From Escherichia coli (GTDB lineage Bacteria > Pseudomonadota > Gammaproteobacteria > Enterobacterales > Enterobacteriaceae): 64,000 nucleotides of DNA. The notes under the pieces were generated by a model. It did no database searches. It was given only the letters and a program-made list of their open reading frames with translations, and was not told where the DNA came from. The stretch is from the NCBI RefSeq assembly GCF_003790525.1, contig NZ_CP033635.1. One strand, 5' to 3'. Both the position numbers and the translations under genes were made by a program. Position 1 is the first letter of the stretch. Every line of letters starts with the position of its first letter. This document shows positions 55,289 through 64,000 of the stretch, piece after piece.

Positions 55289-55594
55289 AAGCGTACCATT
55301 TTGCTGTTAAATTCCAGCGCTTTAGCCACTGGAATTAACAAGTTCAAACTTCCGACAACGAAGTTCCAGTTATTACAAAAATTACTGGCAAAAGAGATGA
55401 AAAGCGTAGTTGACAACACATCGAAATATACTGACTGGAGTAAACGCGATGATATTAAAGCGAAACTGAAAGTTGAACTTATTCTGCTTCTACACAAGCA
55501 TAAGTTCCCGCCAGTAGCGAATGATGATGTTTATATGGGTGTGCTGGCACAGGCAGAGAATTTTAAAGAACATCATATGAGTGCTTTAAATTAA
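55289..55594 (+). pseudogene. Possible 3' remnant of a type I restriction enzyme R-subunit (HsdR C-terminal region)
   Basis: Frame opens only at 55289 after a stop, no upstream coding partner; product ...TDWSKRDDIKAKLKVELILLLHKHKFPPVANDDVYMGVLAQAENFKEH resembles the conserved HsdR C-terminal YPP-containing motif as recalled. Confidence 0.4.
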
Positions 55595-55713
55595 TTATGA
55601 AGGCCGGATACACTTTGTTATCCGGCCATTGTGAATTAACGTTAATTTCTCTTCCAGATATTTCCAGTAACGCTTTTATTATTTTCTATTTTTAGCTGGA
55701 CTTTCCCTGTATT

Positions 55714-55733
55714 TACTGATGATATGTCCAGGT
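55714..55733. promoter_or_regulatory. LexA (SOS) box upstream of symE
   Basis: TACTGATGATATGTCCAGGT contains CTG-N10-CAG with AT-rich spacer about 80 bp upstream of symE start. Confidence 0.5.
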
Positions 55734-55749
55734 ATTTAGCGCGGTGCGA

Positions 55750-55830
55750 ATGTGCGCCAACACACCCGCACCGCTCATCACAATCACTATTTATGGAGAA
55801 TAGTAATCATGACTGACACGCATTCTATTG
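55750..55830 (-). ncRNA. symR: Expected position of SymR antisense sRNA overlapping the symE 5' end (approximate)
   Basis: Placed by established knowledge that SymR is transcribed antisense across the symE RBS and start codon; ends not determined from sequence. Confidence 0.35.
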
Positions 55831-56150
55831 CACAACCGTTCGAAGCAGAAGTCTCCCCGGCAAATAACCGTCAATTAACCGTGAGTTATGCGAGTCGCTA
55901 CCCGGATTACAGCCGTATTCCCGCCATCACCCTGAAAGGTCAGTGGCTGGAAACCGCCGGTTTTGCTACCGGCACGGCGGTAGATGTCAAAGTGATGGAA
56001 GGCTGTATTGTCCTCACCGCCCAACCACCCACCGCCGAAGAGAGCGAACTGATGCAGTCACTGCGCCAGGTGTGCAAGCTGTCAGCGCGTAAACAAAAGC
56101 AGGTGCGGGAATTTATTGGGGTGATTGCCGGTAAACAGAAAGTCGCCTGA
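55809..56150 (+). CDS. symE: SOS-induced type I toxin SymE (YjiW), AbrB/MazE-fold endoribonuclease-like
   Basis: ORF track 55752..56150; conserved start [48 protein letters not shown]. Confidence 0.9.
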   Translation: MTDTHSIAQPFEAEVSPANNRQLTVSYASRYPDYSRIPAITLKGQWLETAGFATGTAVDVKVMEGCIVLTAQPPTAEESELMQSLRQVCKLSARKQKQVREFIGVIAGKQKVA

Positions 56151-56196
56151 TACATTGACCCGGTAGCGCCAGTGCTACCGGGTATTATTCGCCGTG

Positions 56197-58290
56197 TTAG
56201 ACCAACGCGCTCTCCATCTGTTTTTCAAATGCCTGACGAATTAATCCCATAACGTAAGGAAGTTGTGCGAGGTCGCTGAAACCAATTTCCACATCACCAT
56301 TGCCCCAGCGCCCAACATTTGTCACATCTTTGGCAATACCTTTCGGATCGACCAGTTCATGAAACTGCATATTAAGCGACAATCGCAGTCGGCTTTTTTG
56401 CGGCACAACATCAACAAAATTCGTTTCCGCTTTAAACGCAATATAGAGCTTCAATACTTCCTGCGTGATCCCTGCGTCCAGGCGCATAACTTCATCGCGA
56501 AGATGATCAAATAACACCCGGCTATGCGAACCATCAGCAAGAAAAGGATAATCACTCAGGCTATAACTGGTTTTGTTTTCAGGCTGCGCCCGATAAACAG
56601 CTAAAACCTCTTCAGGAAGAGCAGGCGCTTGCCAGACCTGAACCGCGAGATCGGCCAGACGATCGGCACGGGCGCGAATGGCGGCTTCATCCCATTTTTC
56701 GCACTGTCCAAGACCGATATTCAAATAAAGCGGGCTATGCTTAAAGCCGTCTTCAATATCGCGTTTTTCCGCGAAAGGTCTGTCACTGTAGCGGGAGTTA
56801 TAGCGCGTTAATGTGAGATTCCCCAACGTATGTAACAGTTCTTTATGCACACGCTGCCAGTCGCTTCCCAGCTCTTCACGCCATTTAGCCGACAAATTTT
56901 CGTTCTGCGGCATAATATGCTCAATCGTAAACTCTTCCACGCGCTCTCTGCGTTTATCGTTTTCCAGTCGTCGTAACCAGTAGCTGCGACTGCGGAAGTT
57001 ATAGAGATCGCGAACTTTTAATTCCCGTTTAAATTCATCATCGTTGGGGAAACGACGATATGAAGGCAGATTCAGAAAATGTACCTGAATACTTTCCAGA
57101 TATTTTTCTTTAATAATGACCTTATAAAAGGTAGCAAACGTCTTGTTAAGAGAATTTGTCGGAATCGCACATACTGCACGGCGGAAAACATAAGATTCAA
57201 TTAAACGAATTATGCTCAGGAAATCTTCGTGAGGCAAATCGCCATTTTTATAGTCATGATAAAGCGCCAGTAAGAAAGGATACGCCACATCGACCTTTAA
57301 CTCGCGCAAATCCTGAAAAGCCGTAGCAAGCGATTTGTCACTTTCTTTACCCAATGCCATTGCACAGTAATACTCCGCGTAGATGTGAATATCTTCAACC
57401 AGGTGATCCACGCCTTTTTCAGCAACACTCTGGCTGCGGGCATGGAGTTTAAATGCCTCATAGACTTCATCTGTACGAGGGATCTCCCCCGTTTTTACCG
57501 TCAGATAATGACGCATAAAGCTGTCAAAATATTCGCTGTAACCTTGCTGACCAAAAGCGACTTCCATTGGACGCCAGTGATCTTCATACAACCGGGTTTG
57601 ATGCTCTGGTTCGAGACCCATCAGAATAAAATTGCGCACCAGATCGGCCTGACTTAACGCCTTACCGGTAGAGTTCATACTTTCAAAAATCAGTTGCGGA
57701 TTATCCTGACCACGATTAAGCGCCACATCGACAATTAATAATTTTGCTAACCCACGACATAAGGGGATCAAGTCATCACCGAGTTTGGCAATTTGCTCAT
57801 CAAAGAAAGTAAAGTTTTCCATTATTCGATGGGAATAGTTTTCTGGCATTGGTCTTTGTTTTATTAACGCCAGCAAACTGTCTTTATCAGTCTCGGTCAG
57901 CAGTAATTTAAATCCTTTCTCGCCGGACTCATAAGGATTGAGTAAATAATAATTACGCAATTTCATTGCTGAAAAGCCATCAAAAACTTCGTCTTCGCCA
58001 AGATGACGCGATAAAGCCTCAATCAGCAACATTGCGGTCGTCAGCCTTTGTTGACCATCAATGACCAGTAACGGAGAAATACCAGAAACCTGATACAACC
58101 CCTGCTCAATATAAACAACCGAACCGATAAAATGCGCTGATATATCGTCACGCTTTCCGGCACGAATGATGTCGTCCCAAAGTTGCCGACATTGTTGTTC
58201 TGTCCATGAATAAGTCCGTTGATAAATGGGAATCACAAACTGCTGCGAACGTTTTAAAAAATCGAGTAGGCGGGCTTCTGTAGCTTTCAT
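56197..58290 (-). CDS. DUF262 (ParB-like NTPase) + DUF1524 (His-Me finger nuclease) fusion, GmrSD-family putative type IV modification-dependent restriction endonuclease
   Basis: 697-aa ORF with N-terminal VIDGQQRLTT (DGQQR motif) and C-terminal EFTIEHIMPQN...H..LGNLTL nuclease motif; convergent with symE, in the slot where K-12 has mcrBC. Confidence 0.78.
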   Translation of the reverse strand: MKATEARLLDFLKRSQQFVIPIYQRTYSWTEQQCRQLWDDIIRAGKRDDISAHFIGSVVYIEQGLYQVSGISPLLVIDGQQRLTTAMLLIEALSRHLGEDEVFDGFSAMKLRNYYLLNPYESGEKGFKLLLTETDKDSLLALIKQRPMPENYSHRIMENFTFFDEQIAKLGDDLIPLCRGLAKLLIVDVALNRGQDNPQLIFESMNSTGKALSQADLVRNFILMGLEPEHQTRLYEDHWRPMEVAFGQQGYSEYFDSFMRHYLTVKTGEIPRTDEVYEAFKLHARSQSVAEKGVDHLVEDIHIYAEYYCAMALGKESDKSLATAFQDLRELKVDVAYPFLLALYHDYKNGDLPHEDFLSIIRLIESYVFRRAVCAIPTNSLNKTFATFYKVIIKEKYLESIQVHFLNLPSYRRFPNDDEFKRELKVRDLYNFRSRSYWLRRLENDKRRERVEEFTIEHIMPQNENLSAKWREELGSDWQRVHKELLHTLGNLTLTRYNSRYSDRPFAEKRDIEDGFKHSPLYLNIGLGQCEKWDEAAIRARADRLADLAVQVWQAPALPEEVLAVYRAQPENKTSYSLSDYPFLADGSHSRVLFDHLRDEVMRLDAGITQEVLKLYIAFKAETNFVDVVPQKSRLRLSLNMQFHELVDPKGIAKDVTNVGRWGNGDVEIGFSDLAQLPYVMGLIRQAFEKQMESALV

Positions 58291-58386
58291 TCTGACGTCT
58301 TTCCGTGAAGCGATGATTTCGCAATAATAACCACTTCCTTGTGGAGGTTATAGAGAAATCCTGTTTATCCGCGACGAACTGCCCCA

Positions 58387-58551
58387 TCACTCCACATCCT
58401 CCCTGCGTAACCCAATATCCCTCAACCGCTCATCACTCATCTGCTGTAACACCCGCCGGGCCTGCATTTGCCGCCGCCAACGCCTCACTGCCTGCCAGAG
58501 TTGCACAAGTCCAATAAACGGTGCTTTAGCTTTGTTTTCGTGAAATTCCAT
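58387..58551 (-). CDS. yjiS: Small DUF1127 protein YjiS (54 aa; below the ORF-track length cutoff)
   Basis: Manual minus-strand translation MEFHENKAKAPFIGLVQLWQAVRRWRRQMQARRVLQQMSDERLRDIGLRREDVE. Confidence 0.8.
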   Translation of the reverse strand: MEFHENKAKAPFIGLVQLWQAVRRWRRQMQARRVLQQMSDERLRDIGLRREDVE

Positions 58552-58727
58552 CTGCTGCCTCCTCATCTTTCAGAGGCTTCATCATCCGCCTTCTGGCAGT
58601 TCACAATACAGATGCAAATATTAGTTTTATTTAACATACAGACAGGTTAAAACAGCATCTGCATCCGGTTTTTTAGCCTCATCTGTACCGGTTTTTCTCT
58701 CTGTATGGTCCAAATAAGGAATACAGC

Positions 58728-60140
58728 ATGACGCGTTATCAACATCTGGCGACTTTGCTTGCCGAGCGGATTGAGCAAGGGCTGTATCGTCACGGGGAGA
58801 AATTGCCGTCGGTGCGCAGCTTAAGTCAGGAGCACGGCGTCAGCATCAGTACCGTGCAGCAGGCGTACCAGACGCTGGAAACGATGAAGCTCATCACTCC
58901 GCAGCCGCGTTCGGGTTATTTTGTCGCACAACGTAAAGCCCAGCCGCCAGTACCGCCGATGACGCGTCCGGTGCAGCGCCCGGTGGAAATTACCCAGTGG
59001 GATCAGGTGCTGGATATGCTGGAGGCGCATAGCGACAGTTCCATTGTTCCGTTAAGTAAAAGCACGCCGGATGTCGAAACGCCCAGCCTGAAACCGCTGT
59101 GGCGGGAGCTAAGCCGGGTGGTGCAGCATAATCTGCAAACCGTTCTCGGTTATGACTTGTTAGCCGGCCAGCGGGTATTGCGCGAGCAGATTGCCCGCCT
59201 GATGCTCGACAGCGGCTCGGTGGTCACCGCCGATGACATCATCATCACCAGCGGCTGCCATAACTCGATGTCGCTGGCGTTGATGGCAGTGTGTAAACCG
59301 GGCGATATTGTCGCGGTCGAATCCCCCTGTTATTACGGTTCGATGCAGATGCTGCGCGGCATGGGCGTGAAAGTGATTGAAATCCCCACCGATCCAGAAA
59401 CAGGCATCAGCGTTGAAGCGCTGGAACTGGCGCTGGAGCAGTGGCCGATTAAAGGCATCATTCTGGTGCCAAACTGTAATAATCCGCTGGGATTTATTAT
59501 GCCGGACGCGCGCAAACGGGCCGTTCTCTCTCTCGCTCAGCGTCATGATATTGTGATTTTTGAAGATGATGTCTACGGCGAACTGGCGACGGAGTATCCG
59601 CGCCCGCGGACCATTCATTCCTGGGATATCGACGGGCGAGTGCTGTTGTGCAGCTCGTTCAGTAAAAGTATTGCTCCAGGCCTGCGCGTGGGTTGGGTCG
59701 CACCGGGGCGCTATCACGATAAACTGCTGCATATGAAATATGCCATCAGCAGCTTTAATGTGCCGTCCACGCAAATGGCGGCGGCAACGTTTGTGCTGGA
59801 AGGTCACTATCATCGCCATATCCGGCGGATGCGGCAGATCTATCAGCGCAATTTGGCGCTTTATACCTGCTGGATACGGGAATATTTTCCCTGCGAAATC
59901 TGTATTACGCGCCCGAAAGGCGGATTTTTACTGTGGATCGAATTGCCTGAACAGGTCGATATGGTTTGCGTTGCGCGGCAGCTATACCGCATGAAAATCC
60001 AGGTGGCGGCAGGCTCGATTTTCTCAGCTTCCGGCAAATACCGTAATTGTCTGCGCATCAACTGCGCTTTGCCGCTCAGCGAAACCTATCGCGAAGCACT
60101 GAAGCAAATTGGCGAAGCCGTGTATCGGGCAATGGAATGA
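58728..60140 (+). CDS. yjiR: MocR/GabR-type regulator YjiR (GntR HTH fused to PLP aminotransferase-like domain)
   Basis: 470-aa ORF with N-terminal HTH (LPSVRSLSQEHGVSISTVQQAYQTLE) and aminotransferase-like C-terminal domain. Confidence 0.9.
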   Translation: MTRYQHLATLLAERIEQGLYRHGEKLPSVRSLSQEHGVSISTVQQAYQTLETMKLITPQPRSGYFVAQRKAQPPVPPMTRPVQRPVEITQWDQVLDMLEAHSDSSIVPLSKSTPDVETPSLKPLWRELSRVVQHNLQTVLGYDLLAGQRVLREQIARLMLDSGSVVTADDIIITSGCHNSMSLALMAVCKPGDIVAVESPCYYGSMQMLRGMGVKVIEIPTDPETGISVEALELALEQWPIKGIILVPNCNNPLGFIMPDARKRAVLSLAQRHDIVIFEDDVYGELATEYPRPRTIHSWDIDGRVLLCSSFSKSIAPGLRVGWVAPGRYHDKLLHMKYAISSFNVPSTQMAAATFVLEGHYHRHIRRMRQIYQRNLALYTCWIREYFPCEICITRPKGGFLLWIELPEQVDMVCVARQLYRMKIQVAAGSIFSASGKYRNCLRINCALPLSETYREALKQIGEAVYRAME

Positions 60141-60254
60141 ATTCGAAATAGTGGCGAGCCCCCTGATTTCCTCTCACGAATAGCGTGTGACTCGTTTTAT
60201 CTTTGCAGGGTCATCTCCACGTTCCAGCATGGCTTAGGCAAAATGCGCTTCGTT

Positions 60255-60360
60255 CATGCCGGATGCCATGTGAACACCTTACCAGGTCTACAAAATCTTT
60301 AAAATTCAATATATTTAATGGGTTATGTAGACCTGATAAGCGTAGCGCATCAGGCTGCTT
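60255..60360. repeat. REP-like elements between yjiR and rpnD
   Basis: GCCGGATGCC...CCTTACCAGGTCTACA and TGTAGACCTGATAAGCGTAGCGCATCAGGC palindromic units. Confidence 0.6.
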
Positions 60361-60382
60361 TGCGTTTGTCATCAGTCTCTGA

Positions 60383-61339
60383 TTAGTACTCGATCCATGG
60401 ATCGCGCTTGCTTTCAGGCAAGGGCTGCTCTAATGCCTGCATTTGCTCTGCCGAAAGTCCGGTATATCGTTGTATCCATTCAGGATCCGCCCCATTCTGC
60501 AACAACAATCGGAGGAGGCTCTTTTCCCCTTCTTCTTTCCCTTCTTTCCTCCCCCTCTCCCTTCCCAACAGCCATCCATCATTATGAATTCGCTCTGCAA
60601 TCGTCATTATTCGCTCCCTGTGTTGTGGCATTCGACGGATAAGTTCGCTGATAAACTCATTAAAACGCGCTTCATCGCCAGTCAGTAAAATGTAATTTAA
60701 CAGCGCGGTTATCTGGCTGTCATTAGCGCACCCTGTAACCAGTAATACTGCCAGTTGATCAATAAGCCCCATTAGATCGCGCTGGCGAATATGCTTTTGG
60801 ATCAACTCCAGCAGGGCGACTCTGCGATGCTGCACAATCTCGTCGTCTGGCACGACAGTGACATCCACCAGCGGGAACGCTGCGGTATAAAGCTTCCGCG
60901 CGGTAGCCGGGTCGGCAAATTCATCCAGCCAGCACAAAGACCAGGGGTAAGGACTACGGCTACTGTGATAAAACAGCATCGGGATGACCAGCGGTAGCGG
61001 CCGGCGTTTATCATGCTCGATATGGCGCTGCATCACCGCCATGGAATATCGCATCAGGCGAAAGGCCATATGGATATCCTCGCGGCTCTGATGTTCAATC
61101 ACCACATAAATATAGCCATCTCCTTCGCGGGTCTTTACCGACCACAGAATATCGGAATGTAGCGCCCGCAATTTTTCATCGACAAAGCTGGCGTATTCCA
61201 GTTTTAAGCTGTCGAGATCGCACAGTTCACGTAAATCTTTGGGTAAGTGGATCTCCATAAAATCCCGCGCGGTGTCAGGGTGGGTGAGAAAAGATTTAAA
61301 TAATGCGTCATGCGGCGTGCTGGTCGTGAAGTTTGTCAT
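60383..61339 (-). CDS. rpnD: Rpn-family recombination-promoting nuclease (YhgA-like, PD-(D/E)xK), intact 318-aa copy at the yjiP/yjiQ (rpnD) position
   Basis: [45 protein letters not shown]...[10 protein letters not shown] matches the Rpn/transposase_31 family N-terminus. Confidence 0.85.
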   Translation of the reverse strand: MTNFTTSTPHDALFKSFLTHPDTARDFMEIHLPKDLRELCDLDSLKLEYASFVDEKLRALHSDILWSVKTREGDGYIYVVIEHQSREDIHMAFRLMRYSMAVMQRHIEHDKRRPLPLVIPMLFYHSSRSPYPWSLCWLDEFADPATARKLYTAAFPLVDVTVVPDDEIVQHRRVALLELIQKHIRQRDLMGLIDQLAVLLVTGCANDSQITALLNYILLTGDEARFNEFISELIRRMPQHRERIMTIAERIHNDGWLLGRERGRKEGKEEGEKSLLRLLLQNGADPEWIQRYTGLSAEQMQALEQPLPESKRDPWIEY

Positions 61340-61805
61340 GGCGATCCGTCACCTGTAGATAAGATGGCCCGACTGTAGCGACTAACAAAACCATTCTCAC
61401 CCGGCAATTTCTCGTTCCCCGAGGTGCTTTCCAGGCTATTTTTGTTCCTCTGCAAACGATACATTTTTCCGGAAACAGGCTCGCGTTTTACATTTCCTGT
61501 ACCCGGCAGATATTCCCCTTTCCACCGCACTCTTTTGATTAACCGCAAATTTTAATTACACTTAAGGTGTATATTTTCTATGCAACCCATCAATTCAAGA
61601 GGTGTAATGTGCTGATGACTATTTGTAATCGTTATACATTCTGACCTGGAGTCAGAAGGTATTTCTCTGTCTGTGTGTTCACAGGCAGTGTGGTTGATTA
61701 CATGAAATTCAGTACATTTGCCCTTCTCGCCTGCCTTTCGTCATTACCGACGGTATTGAATTTCGTTTTCCCCATTGGGGTTCTCCGGACAAGGAGTTGT
61801 TTGTT

Positions 61806-63038
61806 ATGCCACGTTTTTTTGCCCGCCATGCCGCCACGCTGTTTTTCCCGATGGCGTTGATTTTGTATGACTTTGCTGCGTATCTGTCGACGGACCTGAT
61901 CCAGCCAGGGATCATTAATGTGGTCCGTGATTTTAATGCCGATGTCAGTCTGGCCCCGGCTGCCGTCAGTCTCTATCTCGCTGGAGGCATGGCATTGCAG
62001 TGGCTGCTGGGGCCGCTTTCCGACAGGATTGGCCGCAGGCCGGTGCTGATTAACGGGGCGTTAATTTTTACCCTTGCCTGCGCCGCGACAATGTTCACCA
62101 CGTCAATGACACAATTTCTTATCGCGCGTGCAATTCAGGGCACCAGTATCTGTTTTATTGCCACCGTTGGTTATGTCACGGTGCAGGAGGCGTTCGGACA
62201 GACAAAAGGGATCAAGTTGATGGCGATTATCACCTCCATCGTACTGATTGCGCCGATTATCGGCCCGCTTTCCGGCGCAGCTCTGATGCACTTTATGCAC
62301 TGGAAAGTCCTTTTTGCCATCATTGCGGTTATGGGTTTTATCTCATTTGTTGGCTTACTGTTGGCGATGCCAGAGACGGTGAAGCGCGGCGCGGTTCCGT
62401 TTAGCGCCAAAAGCGTCTTGCGCGATTTTCGTAATGTCTTTTGCAATCGGCTGTTCCTCTTTGGCGCAGCAACCATCTCTTTAAGCTATATCCCGATGAT
62501 GAGTTGGGTGGCTGTCTCGCCGGTGATCCTGATTGACGCAGGCGGCTTAACGACCTCGCAGTTCGCCTGGACACAGGTTCCGGTGTTCGGCGCGGTGATT
62601 GTTGCGAATGCCATCGTGGCGCGTTTCGTTAAAGATCCGACCGAACCGCGGTTTATCTGGCGTGCCGTGCCCATTCAACTGGCCGGCCTCGCACTGTTGA
62701 TTGTCGGCAATTTGCTGTCGCCACACGTCTGGCTGTGGTCGGTGCTGGGCACCAGTCTGTATGCTTTCGGGATTGGTTTGATTTTCCCGACCTTATTCCG
62801 CTTTACGCTGTTTTCCAATAACTTACCGAAAGGGACCGTCTCCGCATCGCTAAATATGGTGATCCTGATGGTGATGTCGGTCTCGGTCGAAATCGGCCGC
62901 TGGCTGTGGTTTAACGGCGGTCGCTTGCCGTTTCATCTGTTAGCCGTTTTAGCGGGCGTTATCGTCGTTTTCACCCTGGCGGGATTGCTCAATCGCGTGC
63001 GCCAGCATCAGGCTGCCGAGCTGGCGGAGGAGCGGTGA
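61806..63038 (+). CDS. mdtM: Multidrug efflux MFS transporter MdtM (YjiO)
   Basis: ORF track 61797..63038; conserved start [27 protein letters not shown]; MFS motif [13 protein letters not shown]. Confidence 0.9.
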   Translation: MPRFFARHAATLFFPMALILYDFAAYLSTDLIQPGIINVVRDFNADVSLAPAAVSLYLAGGMALQWLLGPLSDRIGRRPVLINGALIFTLACAATMFTTSMTQFLIARAIQGTSICFIATVGYVTVQEAFGQTKGIKLMAIITSIVLIAPIIGPLSGAALMHFMHWKVLFAIIAVMGFISFVGLLLAMPETVKRGAVPFSAKSVLRDFRNVFCNRLFLFGAATISLSYIPMMSWVAVSPVILIDAGGLTTSQFAWTQVPVFGAVIVANAIVARFVKDPTEPRFIWRAVPIQLAGLALLIVGNLLSPHVWLWSVLGTSLYAFGIGLIFPTLFRFTLFSNNLPKGTVSASLNMVILMVMSVSVEIGRWLWFNGGRLPFHLLAVLAGVIVVFTLAGLLNRVRQHQAAELAEER

Positions 63039-63078
63039 TTTTTGCGCGATCCTGCCGTCAGGCTCTATTCTTAACGTT

Positions 63079-64000
63079 ATGAATAAACTCATTGAACTCA
63101 GACGCGCCAAAATGTTGGCGCTCTCTTTACTGCTTATCGCCGCTGCTACCTTTGTCGTTACGCTGTTTTTGCCGCCCAATTTTTGGGTGAGCGGCGTGAA
63201 GGCGATTGCTGAAGCGGCGATGGTCGGCGCGCTGGCGGACTGGTTTGCGGTGGTGGCGCTATTTCGCCGCGTGCCGATTCCGATCATTTCTCGTCATACG
63301 GCGATTATCCCGCGTAATAAAGACCGGATTGGCGAAAATCTCGGTCAGTTCGTGCAGGAAAAATTTCTCGATACCCAATCGCTGGTGGCATTGATTCGAC
63401 GTCACGAACCGGCGTTGTTGATTGGCAACTGGTTTAGTCAGCCAGAAAACGCCCGCCGCGTTGGTCAGCATCTGTTGCAGATCATGAGTGGTTTTCTTGA
63501 ACTGACCGATGATGCGCGTATTCAGCGCCTGCTTAAGCGCGCAGTCCATCGGGCGATTGATAAGGTCGATCTTTCCGGCACCAGTGCGTTGATGCTGGAG
63601 AGTATGACCAAAAACGATCGTCATCAGGTGCTGCTGGATACGCTGATCGCACAGTTGATCGCCCTTCTCCAGCGCGATAAATCGCGCAAGTTTATCGCCC
63701 AGCAGATTGTTCGCTGGCTGGAGAGTGAGCATCCACTGAAAGCCAAAATTTTGCCCACTGAATGGCTGGGCGAACATAGCGCGGAGTTGGTTTCTGACGC
63801 GGTGAATTCTTTGCTTGATGATATTAGTCGCGATCGTGCGCATCAGATCCGCCATGCGTTTGATCGCGCCACCTTCGCCCTGATCGACAAGCTGAAAAAC
63901 GATCCGGAAATGGCAGCGCGAGCCGATGCCGTAAAAAGCTATCTGAAAGAAGATGAAGCTTTTAATCGCTATCTCAGTGAATTGTGGGGGGATTTACGGG
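63079..64000 (+). CDS. yjiN: Inner-membrane protein YjiN (DUF445); 5' part only, continues beyond window end
   Basis: Open frame from ATG at 63079 to window end, [36 protein letters not shown]; absent from ORF track because no stop in window. Confidence 0.85.
   Translation, partial: MNKLIELRRAKMLALSLLLIAAATFVVTLFLPPNFWVSGVKAIAEAAMVGALADWFAVVALFRRVPIPIISRHTAIIPRNKDRIGENLGQFVQEKFLDTQSLVALIRRHEPALLIGNWFSQPENARRVGQHLLQIMSGFLELTDDARIQRLLKRAVHRAIDKVDLSGTSALMLESMTKNDRHQVLLDTLIAQLIALLQRDKSRKFIAQQIVRWLESEHPLKAKILPTEWLGEHSAELVSDAVNSLLDDISRDRAHQIRHAFDRATFALIDKLKNDPEMAARADAVKSYLKEDEAFNRYLSELWGDLR

Noticed and set aside
55225-55497. 90-aa minus-strand ORF between the NERD-helicase gene and symE
   Set aside because: Antisense to the HsdR-like remnant frame, which has recognisable similarity; no RBS or conserved motif identified.

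Overview
The window is a chromosomal segment that I recognise from the translated ORFs as the Escherichia coli region creB-creA-rob-gpmB-yjjX-trpR-slt-ettA-nadR-radA-serB-ytjB-lplA-deoDBAC-yjjIW-yjjVU-ytjA-osmY-prfC-yjjG-rimI-holD-rsmC-leuQPV-yjjZ-fhuF-bglJ-yjjQ-yjjPB-dnaTC-yjjA-opgB-lgoDRT-tsr-btsT-yjiX-yjiA-symE-yjiS-yjiR-rpnD-mdtM-yjiN, in reverse orientation to the usual K-12 map. All identifications are from memory of protein sequences and motifs read in the translations; no database search was run. About 42 kb is ordinary core genome. Three stretches differ from what I recall of K-12. (1) Between yjiA and yjiR, the slot that in K-12 holds mrr-hsdRMS and mcrBC instead holds a low-GC 616-aa NERD-nuclease/SF1-helicase fusion gene, a short ORF that looks like the C-terminal remnant of a type I HsdR, the conserved symE toxin, and a 697-aa DUF262/DUF1524 (GmrSD-like) putative type IV restriction enzyme. 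The NERD-helicase is my best candidate for an undescribed single-gene anti-phage system. (2) Between tsr and btsT there is a five-gene accessory metabolic module (RpiR regulator, Na+/solute symporter, RidA, D-aminoacylase, DSD1-type PLP enzyme) that reads as a coherent N-acyl-D-amino-acid uptake and catabolism pathway. (3) The deoD-lplA gap is only about 450 bp and carries a small XRE-type HTH ORF where K-12 has the HipA-like yjjJ. Also present are three tandem tRNA-Leu genes with small sequence differences, several REP clusters, and recognisable operator sites (DeoR, TrpR, Fur, CRP, BtsR, LexA). No CRISPR array, IS element, integrase or prophage was seen.
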